A stretch of 63,424 nt of DNA, filler included, from Octopus bimaculoides (GCF_001194135.2; 6 parts of 5 records of this genome joined end to end with filler, not necessarily neighbours in it); one strand, 5' to 3'. Shown: positions 12,861-25,077, numbered from the whole stretch's first letter. Notes: generated by a model not told the origin, from the letters alone. Program-made: numbers and translations.

Positions 12861-13010
12861 CGACAGGCGTCGTTTGCCAAATCCACTCACAAGGCTTTGG
12901 GGTCAGCCCGAGGCTATAGTTGAAGCCACTTGCCCAAGTTGTTACGCAGTGAGACTGAACCCGGAACCATGTGGTTAGGAAGCAAGCTTCTTACCACACA
13001 GTCACTCCTG
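12472..13010 (-). mobile_element. SINE family A with expanded internal CA/TA/GA microsatellite
   Basis: Family A tail at 12472-12670 and head at 12860-13010. Confidence 0.85.
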
Positions 13011-13287
13011 GTATTGGATATATTAACAAAAGAAACCAAAAATATATACAGGCATACCTCATCCTACATCGTTAATTGGTTCCAGGAAACACAACTTAAG
13101 TCGAATTAACTTATCTCTAGACTAGGCTAGGCTGAATTTCCTTGTCTCTAGGCTAAACCGATAATAACCGTTCCTAGTTCTGTACTTTATTTATGAATGC
13201 ATTTTCAATAATACTTGGTTAATAAAAACCTATCGTAAGCTTACAAACAAATAATTTTTATGTTTTAATATAATAAAATTAATAAAT

Positions 13288-13400
13288 GCGCCCTTTTAAA
13301 GCCTAACCAGGCTCATGGGCCCGGTTTCCCGGTTTGAATGGCGTATGTGTTCCCTAGCTGGACGGGACGCCAATCTATCGCAGCGTTACTCATTTTTGCC
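13288..13400 (-). mobile_element. SINE 3' part with V-domain-like segment
   Basis: On -: CTGCGATAGATTGGCGTCCCGTCCAG, resembling the V-SINE central domain. Truncated at a (TAGA/CAGA)n array. Confidence 0.5.
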
Positions 13401-13401
<1 letters not shown>

Positions 13402-13453
<52 letters not shown>

Positions 13454-13474
13454 TAGACAGACAGACAGACAGAC

Positions 13475-13531
<57 letters not shown>

Positions 13532-13737
13532 TGTTTCTTTATTAGCCACACAGGGCTGAATACAGAGGGGACAAGTTACAAAGTAGAGCTTTTGTTTTGG
13601 GGGAGGAGAAGGAAAGAAAAGGGGGGTAGATTTTCGATCAAAAGGGATCGTAAAAAAAAATGATCAATAGGGATCGTGTATTATAGAGATAGATAGACAG
13701 ATAGATAGATAGATAGATAGATAGATANNNNNNNNNN

Positions 13738-13779
<42 letters not shown>

Positions 13780-13780
13780 A
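13402..13780. repeat. (TAGA)n/(CAGA)n tetranucleotide arrays, interrupted at 13532-13680
   Basis: Directly visible. Confidence 0.95.
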
Positions 13781-14696
13781 CAGTCAATAAGATAGACTGA
13801 AAGACAGACGGACGGATGGACTGAATGGATGGATGGACTGAATTATAAAATTCAAGTAAAGGACAAGGCCGAAGCGGTTTAACTGATACACGTGGAGAGT
13901 TGTAGAAAGGCTAAACTGTTCACAAGTGGTTGGTGATAGACATCCAAGAAGCGAAATTTAATCAGATATCTACACGTGTTAAACGTGGTCTTAGGTGGCT
14001 TGTCGTTGGCACGTGTCATGTGTGCCGCTATGTTCTTTGACAATGACTGTAAAAATACAAGATATAAAAGGAAAAAAAAAACCCCACAAAAATCAAAAAT
14101 AAAACAAAGAACAACCGAAAGGGTAAAAAATCTAAAATAAAAAGCTCTCGACTATCCATCTTCGCTTCAATGCGAAGCGCACTGTCGCAGACGTGTGTTC
14201 CCATAAATTTGAGCGTAACTGTCACAATTACGGCGTTATGGTAGACAGCGCGTCCACCAACCAGCTGCAGGCAAACAGTGTACTTTATGTATGTGTGTAT
14301 GTATGTATGTACGCACGTATGTATGTATTCATGTACGTACATATATATGTGTGTGTATATTGATATAAAACCATAAGGTTTGTGATAAACCGTATAACAA
14401 TATATGTGTACACGTATCTATGTATGTACGTATGTATATATGTTTGTGTGTGGATGTATGTATGTATGTATGTATGTATGTATGCATGTATGTGTGTATG
14501 TATATATGTAGGTAGGTAGGTATGTGTTATGGATGTGTGTACAATATAAACAAAACCAGAAGCGTTTGTGATAAAGTGTTTGACTATATATGTATATATA
14601 TGTATGTCTGTACGCAAGTGGGAAAGGTAGGAAGAAAGACAGATTCAGACACGTACACACACACAGGTATAAGCAAACATACTGACAGGTCGACAG

Positions 14697-14779
<83 letters not shown>

Positions 14780-14879
14780 NNNNNNNNNNNNNNNNNNNNN
14801 NNNNNNNNNNNNNNNNNNNNNNNTTAATTAATTAANNNNNNNNNNNNNNNNNNNNNNNNNNNNNNNNNNNNNNNNNNNN
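14780..14879. other. Assembly spacer N44-TTAATTAATTAA-N44 (also at 20996, 27108, 57757, 62012)
   Basis: Same 12-mer inside 100-bp N blocks five times; carries stop codons in all six frames; not biological. Confidence 0.95.
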
Positions 14880-15390
14880 TCTTCTCTTTCTCTGTCTCAA
14901 TGTCTCTCACTCTCTCTCCTCTCTTTCTCCCTCTCTGATTCTCTTCTCTTTCTCTGTCTCAATGTCTCTCACTCTCTCTCCTCTCTTTCTCCCTCTCTGA
15001 TTCTCTTCTCTTTCTCTGTCTCAATGTCTCTCACTCTCTCTCTCCTCTCTTTCTCCCTCTCTGATTCTCTTCTCTTTCTCTGTCTCAATGTCTCTCACTC
15101 TCTCTACTCTCTTTCTCCCTCTCTGTTTCTCTTCTCTTTCCCTATCTCAATCTCTCTGTCTCTCTCTCCCTCTCTGTTTCTCTTCTCTTTCTATGTCTGT
15201 CTGTTTCTCTCTCTTTCTCCCATGCTGTTTCTCTTTTCTTTCTCTGTCTCAGTCTCTCTCTCTCTTTCTCTCTCTCTCTTTCTCTTCTCTTTCTCTCTCC
15301 CGGTCTCTCTCACTCTCTCTTTCTCTCTCTCTCTCCCTCTCTCTGTTTCTCTTATCTTTCTCTCTCTTAGTCTGTCCCACTCTCTCTTTC
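14880..15390. repeat. Pyrimidine-rich minisatellite, ~62-bp unit decaying into (CT)n
   Basis: CTTCTCTTTCTCTGTCTCAATGTCTCTCACTCTCTCT recurs at ~14881, 14943, 15005 and ~15070. Confidence 0.9.
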
Positions 15391-15484
15391 TCCCTCACTA
15401 GTGGCAGAATTTAAATATCAAGCACGAGAAGAGGAGGAATTATAAAGTAAATATATGTAATGAGGTGGTAGAGAGGGTGAAAGT

Positions 15485-15520
<36 letters not shown>

Positions 15521-16002
15521 TATGGATAGGTAGTTAGAGAGACAGATAGATTGGTAGACCGAGGTATAGAGAGAGAGAGGCGGTAGAGAAAGTGTTTGTG
15601 TGAGGATGTTTTTTTCTTGTTTTCTTTTTTGTTATTCCAAACTTAGAACCGTCAAGTAGATAAAAAAAAAAAACACGAGACCATATAATAATAAAATAAA
15701 AACCTTTCTAATCTCCATGAGAACATTTATCGTCATGTATTCAGAATACTGAATTGTATAATTTGAACAATAACAATGTTTTACGCACAGAAATCAGGCT
15801 TTCTTCGAGCATAAATATTTATACGTTTCTGTGAAATTCGTTATTTCACATTCATTCTTTAGTTTCCATGTTTCAGTCTTCAAAGAAATATTTTATAAGC
15901 GAATTAGATAAATCACACTCTATCGGGTCAGATATTTGGGGTTTTATTCTTTCTTGTTGGATAAAATAAGGCGTGTCTAATGTAGCAGAGAGCAACTGGT
16001 TA

Positions 16003-16236
16003 AAGGCGGTGAGCTGGCAGAATCGTTAGCACGCCGGGCGAAATGTTTAGCGGTATTTCGTCTGCTGTTACGTTCTGAGTTCAAACTCCGCCGAGGTCGA
16101 CTTTGCCTTTCATCCTTTCGGGGGTCGATAAATTAAGTACCAGTTACGCACTGGGTCGATGTAGTCGACTTAATCCCTTTGTCTGTCCTTGTTTGTCCCC
16201 TCTATGTTTAGCCCCACAGGGGGCAGTAAAGAAATA
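16003..16236 (+). mobile_element. SINE family B, alternative tail (GTCTGTCCTTGTTTGTCCCCTC...AAAGAAATA)
   Basis: tRNA-like head and B-box GAGTTCAAACTCC; same tail as 36525-36775. Confidence 0.9.
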
Positions 16237-16799
16237 AGAGAGCAAGTGGTTATATTATTTCGCTTAGCTTGACTAGAATTCATTTCGTGTTTATTTAGCA
16301 CTTTGCTAAGGTGTTTAACCCGAGAAGATATCGTTCATATATCTGTGGTGTTTCGTGGATTTTTACTAAAATGTATCACTCGTCTGTACTTTCGCGTTTA
16401 CATTTACACATTTCTACATGTTCGTGTGCGTGCGTGCGTGTGTGTATGTGTGTGTGTGTGTGTGAATATGTGTGTTTATATGCGTGTGAGTGTTTACACA
16501 CGCATCTTTGGTGTAGATCTCATTGTGAAGATACTTTCAGACTGATCAACGAAATGTATAGACGGATTTGGGGAATGTCAATGCACATTTTAACACAGAC
16601 TGATATAGCTATCTGTGTACCATACATAACGTATGTACACTCTGGACAGGCCAGTTACTGTAACATTTGTATTGAAATAACATCTCTTGCTCTCACTGGC
16701 CGCTGCTGGGACGAATAATGGGTTAATTAGGTTAAGTTTTATTCGTGAAATACTGTTGTTTTTGAAGTTTGCTGCAGAGAGTGGTCTATACTTGTGTTG

Positions 16800-16874
16800 G
16801 TGAGTAAGGGAGGCTCTAGGAATGTGGCCCGGGTGTCAAGGGGGTGGCAGCCCGAAAAAGTTTGGGAACCAGTG
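16800..16874. mobile_element. hAT-Charlie-like terminal fragment
   Basis: Ends AAAAAGTTTGGGAACCAGTG, resembling the CAGTGGTTCCCAAACT Charlie-type TIR. Abuts a mariner fragment. Confidence 0.5.
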
Positions 16875-16876
16875 CT

Positions 16877-17110
16877 TTACGCAGTCTTTGATTTGCCACG
16901 GATAAAGAAGCGCAGTAAGCGGTACATAAACAGCTGCAAGATTAGCCGAAAACCTTCTTCCCCGACGGAATAAGAAAGCTTGTGAATTACTGGAAAAAAT
17001 GCATCGAAAGGCATGGAAGAACCCGGGGAAAACTGAGGTAATTGCTCAATTCCTGCTTTTGTTTTAATAAATTGCAGAAACAAATCCGCGTACAATTTTT
17101 GACTTAGTTT
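16877..17110 (+). pseudogene. Mariner transposase C-terminal remnant
   Basis: Translates as LRSL*FATDKEAQ*AVHKQLQD*PKTFFPDGIRKLVNYWKKCIERHG, matching the mariner C-terminal pattern F.GI.KL..RW.KCI..G. Confidence 0.85.
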
Positions 17111-17232
17111 TAAAACATTTCTTAGTGGAAAAGTTTTTGAGATTATCTCCCTTCCACCAACTAGGACTGTAGAGTTACTTCCTATGATTATTGATGAAAT
17201 CTTACGTAATAATCATTTCTACTATAGACACA

Positions 17233-17620
17233 GTGGAGGCGCAATGGCCCATTGGTTAGGGCAGCGGACTCGCGGTCATAGGATCGCGGTTTCGATTCCC
17301 AGTCCGGGCGTTGTGTGTGTTTAATGAGCGAAAACACCTAAAGCTCCACGAGGCTCCGGCAGGGGATGGTGGCGAACCCTGTTGTACTCTTTCGCCCCAA
17401 CTTTTTCTCACTCTTACTTCCTGTTTCTCTTGTGCCTGTAATTCAAAGGGTCAGCCTTGTCACACTGTGTCACGCTGAATATCCCCGAGAACTACGTTAA
17501 GGGTACACGTGTCTGTGGAGTGCTCAGCCACTTGCACGTTAATTTCACGAGCAGGCTGTTCCGTTGATCGGATCAACTGGAACCCTCGACGTCGTAAGCG
17601 ACGGAGTGCCAACAACAATG
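17233..17620 (+). mobile_element. SINE family C, full length, 8-bp TSD TAGACACA, nested in a family B tail
   Basis: tRNA-like head GGAGGCGCAATGGCCCATTGG...GGTTTCGATTCCC; TAGACACA at 17225-17232 and 17621-17628; (AAC)n end. Confidence 0.85.
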
Positions 17621-17810
17621 TAGACACAAGGCCTGGAATTTGGGGAGAGTGGGCCAGTCGATTAGATCGACTCCAAGTACGTACTTAATTTATCGATCTC
17701 GAAAGGACGAAAGGCAAAATCAACCTCGGTAGAATTTGAACTCAGAACGTAAAGATAGACGAAATACTGCTAAGCATTTCGCCCGGCGTGCTAACGACGC
17801 TGCCAGCCGA
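17621..17810 (-). mobile_element. SINE family B (main part; tail end continues at 17209-17232)
   Basis: Reverse-complement similarity to 8538-8753. Confidence 0.85.
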
Positions 17811-17951
17811 TAATTTCTTTCTCTAAGAAATAGAAGGGGATGTAATTCATTTTATTTTCTTGTAAATTTACACTTTAATTAACAAGAACAGTTTGCGCCC
17901 TATTTTCTTTAGCACCACTTGGAATGAATTTTTTGTTCTTTACCTCAAAAA

Positions 17952-18275
17952 TGTCTGAGTGAGTTTTCCGAGATGCCGTATCTTCGCTATCATCATTAGA
18001 TGAATTCAACTCTTTCCGAATCCCCTGCACTGTCCGCAGATTGACACCCAAACATTCTGAAATGTTCGTATTGGAGCTTTCGGCGTGAATGCCAAACAGT
18101 ACAGCAGGTCGTTTCCAAATTTCTGGCAGAGTGAAATGCATTATGGTGCCGTCTTTCTCACAGACGGTGCCCGACTGACCCTGCTATTCTGTATAATCGA
18201 TAAAATTAAAAACAAACTATGTGCATGCGCGATATAAAAAATTTAAAATGGTGACAATTTACCCATCGCACCCTG
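17952..18275 (-). mobile_element. Tc1/mariner-superfamily (DD37D/maT-like) 5' fragment with TIR and transposase N-terminus
   Basis: End reads CAGGGTGCGATGGGTAAATTG on -. HTH-like LFGIHAESSNTNISECLGVNLRTVQGIRKEL. The subfamily call is from TIR style only. Confidence 0.8.
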
Positions 18276-18276
18276 C

Positions 18277-18277
<1 letters not shown>

Positions 18278-18307
<30 letters not shown>

Positions 18308-18363
18308 TGTATGTATGTATGTATGTATGTATGTATGTATGTATGTATGTATGTATGTATGTA
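18278..18363. repeat. (TATG)n microsatellite
   Basis: Directly visible; abuts the transposon TIR. Confidence 0.95.
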
Positions 18364-19073
18364 TTGAATGTTTGAAGTTTTGTACAGATGTCATATATTG
18401 ATAAAAAAGGAGGCAGTTAGAATTTTGGATACTTTTTTTATTAGCGCTTTCGTTCGTTTAACCGAACTCTTCAAGAAAATAAAAATTAAAACCAAAATAA
18501 TAAAATCAGAACATTTCCTCGTCTTTTATGTGAATCGGATGTTTTTTTGTTTTGTTTTATTTAGTAGACNNNNNNNNNNNNNNNNNNNNNNNNNNNNNNN
18601 NNNNNNNNNNNNNNNNNNNNNNNNNNNNNNNNNNNNNNNNNNNNNNNNNNNNNNNNNNNNNNNNNNNNNNNNNNNNNNNNNNNNNNNNNNNNNNNNNNNN
18701 NNNNNNNNNNNNNNNNNNNNNNNNNNNNNNNNNNNNNNNNNNNNNNNNNNNNNNNNNNNNNNNNNNNNNNNNNNNNNNNNNNNNNNNNNNNNNNNNNNNN
18801 NNNNNNNNNNNNNNNNNNNNNNNNNNNNNNNNNNNNNNNNNNNNNNNNNNNNNNNNNNNNNNNNNNNNNNNNNNNNNNNNNNNNNNNNNNNNNNNNNNNN
18901 NNNNNNNNNNNNNNNNNNNNNNNNNNNNNNNNNNNNNNNNNNNNNNNNNNNNNNNNNNNNNNNNNNNNNNNNNNNNNNNNNNNNNNNNNNNNNNNNNNNN
19001 NNNNNNNNNNNNNNNNNNNNNNNNNNNNNNNNNNNNNNNNNNNNNNNNNNNNNNNNNNNNNNNNNNNNNNNNN

Positions 19074-19198
19074 GTTCGGCAAAATAGACCGATAGAATAA
19101 GTACTGGGCTTACAAAGAATAAGTCCTGGGGTCGATTTGCTCGACTAAAGGCGGTGCTCTAGCATGGCCGCAGTCAAATGACTGAAACAAGTAAAAGA
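19074..19198 (+). mobile_element. SINE family A 3' part (5' part lost in gap)
   Basis: GTTCGGCAAAATAGACCGATAGAATAAGTACT...GAAACAAGTAAAAGA. Confidence 0.85.
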
Positions 19199-20449
19199 GA
19201 GAAAGAGAGAGAGAGAGAGTGTGTTTTGTCAATTTGATGTCAACCCATTGAAAGGTCATTACAATTCCTCTTTCTTTTATCATTTCATTCCCTTAAACAT
19301 ATTTTTAAATATACATATTTTCTCATTATACACATAGTAGAAGGCAGTGGCTAAAAGATCTTTCAAGATGTCAATTTTAGAAAATAGGATGGGAAAAAAA
19401 AGAAAAAGATGAAGAAGAAAAGAAGGAAAGCGATTCTTATGTCGGAGCAGTTTGAAAATAAAAGTACGAAAATAATAAAGTTCAAAGTCCAATGAAAACG
19501 CACATTCGTTCTAATGTTGATTGATTTTAAAATATAAATTCTCACACCTGTAAAGCTAAATCAGATGTTTTGTGTAATCCCATGTTTTACACAAACAATC
19601 ACTAAACATTTCATTAGTACAACATTGATAAATTAGGAAAATAAAGTCAGATATATAAAAGTAATTTGAATACTGTACTGTTTACAATTCAGTCTATTCT
19701 CTATGTGCATTTAATCAAACATCTCGAATGAGGTGCGCAATAAAGTGTACATTGTATACATAGGTGCACCAGCATGACCGCAGCCACTTGGCTGAAACAC
19801 ACAAATAAATAAATAGCTTTGTAAGATGTAAATTATATAACAAAACAGGACCCGCTTAAATATATTTTTGAGTATCGTTCATCATTTTGTAGAATTTATT
19901 TTTCTTGCTTCTTTGGATAAGATAATTCTAAAGAGATATTTTACACGAATCCCTTTGCTATGTAGCTACTTTATTTATTCTTCCTAATCAGTGGTGAAAC
20001 GGCTCAAATATTTTCCCCAGATATACGTAAATATTGTGAGTCTTTAAGAACATTTGCCAAAATCCCAATATTATGTATATATCTGACCATGTATTTTGTT
20101 TGCATAAATAGAGCTGAGAATTACGTTATTAACACTGGAACCACATTCAGGAACAACAGTAACAGTTTAATATAATTGTTTTCTCTTCATCCATCATCAT
20201 TACTATTGAAAGATAAAGTGGTAAAATGATTATGAAGAAACTTTTTTGACAAACGCCAAAACCATCTCGTATACATTGATGTTACTTTGACAGCAATACA
20301 GCGTTCATTGGACCATTCAAGTAATTGCATTATTTTCCCCCTGCTGTACTGGCTGGACGCGACAGCTGTGTGAGATAACTAATGTAGTGTTCATAATTTG
20401 CTTCCCCTGAAGGGGTATTCATGTATAATATCTCTGCTTCTCTTTGAAG

Positions 20450-20620
20450 CATTTAATTTTGGAGAAAGTTTTTTGATGAAACGTATTCCCATTGCCTTTC
20501 GGAACTTGTTCCTCTTGTAGGATGTGTTGTCTGTGGATTCTTACACGTTGTCAAAGGGAATTGTTTGTTTCACCAATATAAATTGCGAATAAGCCATCTT
20601 GTTTTGCCATAAAAACCATA
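20450..20620 (-). pseudogene. Penelope-like element GIY-YIG endonuclease remnant
   Basis: IYIGETNNSL*QRVRIHRQHI, then after a frameshift RKAMGIRFIKKLSPKLN. Matches the PLE YIGET...R..EH...E..FI....P.LN pattern. Confidence 0.7.
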
Positions 20621-21289
20621 TAGGGTCGAAAGGATTGTCGATCAGACGGAGATATACAGTCCAAAGACAGAAGATATCCTCCCCACAATATCGCCAGATA
20701 TATCTCAGTGAACACATTGACATATGTGCAGGACAACTGCAACCACAATTTCTAATCTTCCCATTAAATCAATTTGCTATTTGGACCTGAACACAAGTAC
20801 AACTAAATAAAGAGGCCTCATTTATCGGAAAATATAAGCCGGAATTAAATATAAATCCATATAGAAAATTAAAGATTTACCCTAACTATTATAAGAATCA
20901 AATAGTGGCCAATGTAAAAAATTATAGATTTATCTCCCCTTTCCTGTAAAANNNNNNNNNNNNNNNNNNNNNNNNNNNNNNNNNNNNNNNNNNNNTTAAT
21001 TAATTAANNNNNNNNNNNNNNNNNNNNNNNNNNNNNNNNNNNNNNNNNNNNATATCTTTCAACTTTAGTGTAAATCTTTCAACTTTAGTCTAAATTTAGA
21101 GTTTTACATACAATTAATGTTAGAAATATTTCAATAACTAATTTCTCTTCTCTATGAATGGCTACTTTCGCGCTCTCAGTTTCTATTTTCTTTTTTCTTT
21201 TTTTCGTATCTATGTGCTTATGTGCTTGCATGAATGCGACATATTTTCATTTTAAGATATCTATCTATCTTTCTGTCTGTCTGTCTGTA

Positions 21290-21425
<136 letters not shown>

Positions 21426-21766
21426 GGCGCAGGAGTGGCTATGTGGTAAGTATATACATATACATATATATATACATATATACATGTAATTTTATATATT
21501 GCGTTATATGTGTGGGAGTATTTATGATTGACTGTGCGTGTGTGGTACTGTGCGTTTATGTACACTTGTATGTGTGTGTGTGTGTGTGTGTGTGTTTTTT
21601 TGTATGTGTGTTTGTGTGTGCATATATCCTATATCAGTTTGCACACGAAAATAAATTATGCCTCATCAGGTGTAAGACGACAGAAATGAGAAGGTGGGGT
21701 AGAGGAGGAATGAAATGGGGGGAGCTAGAAAGAGGAAGAAAAACGGAAAGAGAAAAGTGAAAGAAA

Positions 21767-21797
<31 letters not shown>

Positions 21798-21899
21798 AAG
21801 AGGCGAGAAAGTGAGAAGGGAGAGAAAGAGAGGACAAAAGAACTCTATCACCTAACTCTAACATTTCTTCATATTCAATTTATACTGTATTTTTGTTTT

Positions 21900-22142
21900 A
21901 TATTTGTCTCAGCTATCACCGCCATCTTCATCTTTTCTATATTCGTAATAACTCCACCGCAATCAGCACCGCGCTAACACAACCACCAGCGCCACCACAA
22001 CAACAAGCACATCAACAACAGCAACAATCCCATCGCTGCCTCCACCGTATCACCAGCAACACTACCGATACCAACAAAAACAACAACATTATTCTAGTCA
22101 TTATGATGACAACAAGCAGCTGAAGAGACGCCTCCGTCGTTG

Positions 22143-22176
<34 letters not shown>

Positions 22177-22215
22177 GCCTTCGTCGTCATCACCGCCGGC
22201 GTCCCCGTCATCGCC
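21900..22215. repeat. Degenerate CAC/CAA/CAT triplet low-complexity region
   Basis: Directly visible; includes (CAT)11 at ~22143-22176. Confidence 0.8.
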
Positions 22216-22313
22216 CTCAAGAGAAGAGCATCATTTCCCCCTCTCTATTGTTATATTCGGCATCATGATATCAATAGAACTCATATATAATGGGGGATGG
22301 GGGTAGAGAGTTC

Positions 22314-22376
<63 letters not shown>

Positions 22377-22711
22377 NNNNNNNNNNNNNNNNNNNNNNNN
22401 NNNNNNNNNNNNNNNNNNNNNNNNNNNNNNNNNNNNNNNNNNNNNNNNNNNNNNNNNNNNNNNNNNNNNNNNNNNNNNNNNNNNNNNNNNNNNNNNNNNN
22501 NNNNNNNNNNNNNNNNNNNNNNNNNNNNNNNNNNNNNNNNNNNNNNNNNNNNNNNNNNNNNNNNNNNNNNNNNNNNNNNNNNNNNNNNNNNNNNNNNNNN
22601 NNNNNNNNNNNNNNNNNNNNNNNNNNNNNNNNNNNNNNNNNNNNNNNNNNNNNNNNNNNNNNNNNNNNNNNNNNNNNNNNNNNNNNNNNNNNNNNNNNNN
22701 NNNNNNNNNNN

Positions 22712-22812
22712 TGTAAGTCTAGTACTTATTCTATCGGTCCGTTAGACAACCGCTAAGTTACGGGGACGTAAACACACCAGCATCGGTTGTCAAGCGATTT
22801 TCGGGGGACAAA
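22712..22812 (-). mobile_element. SINE family A fragment next to gap
   Basis: GTACTTATTCTATCGG...CCGCTAAGTTACGGGGACGTAAACACACCAGCATCGGTTGTCAAGCG. Confidence 0.85.
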
Positions 22813-22879
22813 TACACACACAAACATACACACACACACATACATACACACACACGCGCATCTTATCTGAAGCGTTTTG

Positions 22880-23558
22880 TAGCATGTAGTTATTTTACTC
22901 GTAATGCCTGACACAACCGCATTGAAGCTTTTTTCAATGAAATCATGTATGATAAAAAGCCCAACGACAAACCGATGGCTTTGATGCGCCCTTACGCAGA
23001 GCCTTCAATCTTGCATTGGTTTGAAGTCGCATTGCCCTTTGTTTATCCGTTTCTGAAGCCCTTGTAGGGGACATTAAAGCAGCATTCAAAGCCTGACAAT
23101 TTGTGCGCTGTGCTGGTGACTCTGAAGCCCGTAGTTTTAGCATTACGTGCCCACCAGGCTGTGCGTTGTTGTGGTAATTGTGAAGCTGTTGCAGCGGCAG
23201 TAGTTTCAGCATTGCGGTTCCTTCGGGCTGTGCGTTGTTGTGGGGAGTCTGCAGTCATTACAGCTGAAGCGGTTTCGGTAAGACGCGCCAACGGGATAGT
23301 CCGTTGTTGAGGTGACTCAGTAGCCGTGACGGCAGCAACGGTTGCAGCATGATGGGCTCGGTGGTACACAAGCTCTTGTTTAGATTTTGAAGCCTTAACG
23401 ATTGCAGAGGTTACAGTTACGTATACTGCACGGGTAGCGGCATTGTGGGCAGCCTACTGGGACCTCTGGTCTTGAGTTTCGTTATCCCGATATTTTCTGG
23501 CTTTCATGGCAGCGTGGGACTGTCTAGCAATGGGAGATCTCTTTCTCCTAGGTGACAT
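22880..23558 (-). pseudogene. Helitron Rep/Hel ORF N-terminal remnant
   Basis: ATG at 23558 gives MSPRRKRSPIARQSHAAMKARKYRDNETQDQRSQ*, followed by repeated SPQQRT.R / SETDKQRAMRL units and a WAFY-like motif. This resembles animal Helitron N-termini; stops and frameshifts present. Confidence 0.7.
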
Positions 23559-24673
23559 TGCAAGGTTATCTGCAAAGTGAAGGTAGAGCTAGGGTTATGT
23601 CGAATGCCTGAATGATGTTTGTCGTACTATTATTGTTTGCTGAGTGGGTTCAAAAACTTGTCTCAATGGCCCTAGGAAAGGTTGAGATGTTTGACTCTTN
23701 NNNNNNNNNNNNNNNNNNNNNNNNNNNNNNNNNNNNNNNNNNNNNNNNNNNNNNNNNNNNNNNNNNNNNNNNNNNNNNNNNNNNNNNNNNNNNNNNNNNN
23801 NNNNNNNNNNNNNNNNNNNNNNNNNNNNNNNNNNNNNNNNNNNNNNNNNNNNNNNNNNNNNNNNNNNNNNNNNNNNNNNNNNNNNNNNNNNNNNNNNNNN
23901 NNNNNNNNNNNNNNNNNNNNNNNNNNNNNNNNNNNNNNNNNNNNNNNNNNNNNNNNNNNNNNNNNNNNNNNNNNNNNNNNNNNNNNNNNNNNNNNNNNNN
24001 NNNNNNNNNNNNNNNNNNNNNNNNNNNNNNNNNNNNNNNNNNNNNNNNNNNNNNNNNNNNNNNNNNNNNNNNNNNNNNNNNNNNNNNNNNNNNNNNNNNN
24101 CCTTGAAGCAACGATCGTTGGTATTTCTTATTTATGTATGAGAAGGTATTTTCGTCCCCTAGGGGCGGCGTTACTCATTATGTGGAAAATTTGAAGGATC
24201 CATGACCATCTCTGGAACATAAGGGATGTAAGTTTCCGGGGTGAACGAAATCGGATGAAAAATATTGATTTTAAGGGGGATCAAGAAAAAGGCCTGTATA
24301 CACACACATACACACACACACAAACACACACACACACACATACACATACACAAACACACACACACACACACACACATACACATATACATCTTCCGTTTCA
24401 TTATATATTTATATCTCTGTACAAAACAATCCTCTGCAAGAATTAAACTCCTCATAAATTTGAACAACTTGTCTCCTCCATTTTTAACAAAATTGATGGG
24501 ATATATGGAACTGCATTCCATAAATACATCGTACATAATATACAAGTACTACTTTCATATCTTCGCAAATTTACGCGTGTAAACTTCCAGTAAAGTATGA
24601 AGAATCATCATTAGAAATCTTTTTTATAAATCTCCAATTTAAAGGACTAATCCACATTCAACCGTTATACATC

Positions 24674-24767
<94 letters not shown>

Positions 24768-25022
24768 AGCGCATGTGTACGTGCGCATGAAGACAAATGT
24801 TCTGTATGTGTATGCTATATGTTAGAGCGCGGATGTGTATAAATGCTCTTCGTCAGTGCTTGTGTTGACTTTTGCAATATCGAAACTGGTCTAATTAATG
24901 TTAATGAAGTATTATGACGATAAAACACAGCACTTCGACAAATACAATTCCATACAATATAGACAAGATTGCAACAATTCCAGGGGACGATCTATTCGAC
25001 TAAATTGATGACGGCGTGGCTT

Positions 25023-25077
25023 CAGCGTGACCCCAGCGTGGCCCCAGTGTGGACCCAGCGTGGCCCCAGCGTGGCTG
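25023..25077. repeat. 11-bp minisatellite (CAGCGTGGCCC)x5 within a decayed SINE A tail
   Basis: Five units visible; flanks resemble the family A tail CCAGCATGGCCGCAGTC. Confidence 0.85.

Noticed and set aside
14824-14835. TTAATTAATTAA recurring five times (homeodomain-like palindrome)
   Set aside because: Always centred in N44-12-N44 blocks; a six-frame-stop scaffolding linker.
17235-17310. tRNA-like sequence
   Set aside because: Acceptor and anticodon stems do not pair properly, and it continues into a SINE body bounded by a TSD; it is a SINE head, not a tRNA gene.
25023-25077. Short regular repeats as a possible CRISPR array
   Set aside because: Contiguous tandem units without spacers, in eukaryotic DNA; a minisatellite.
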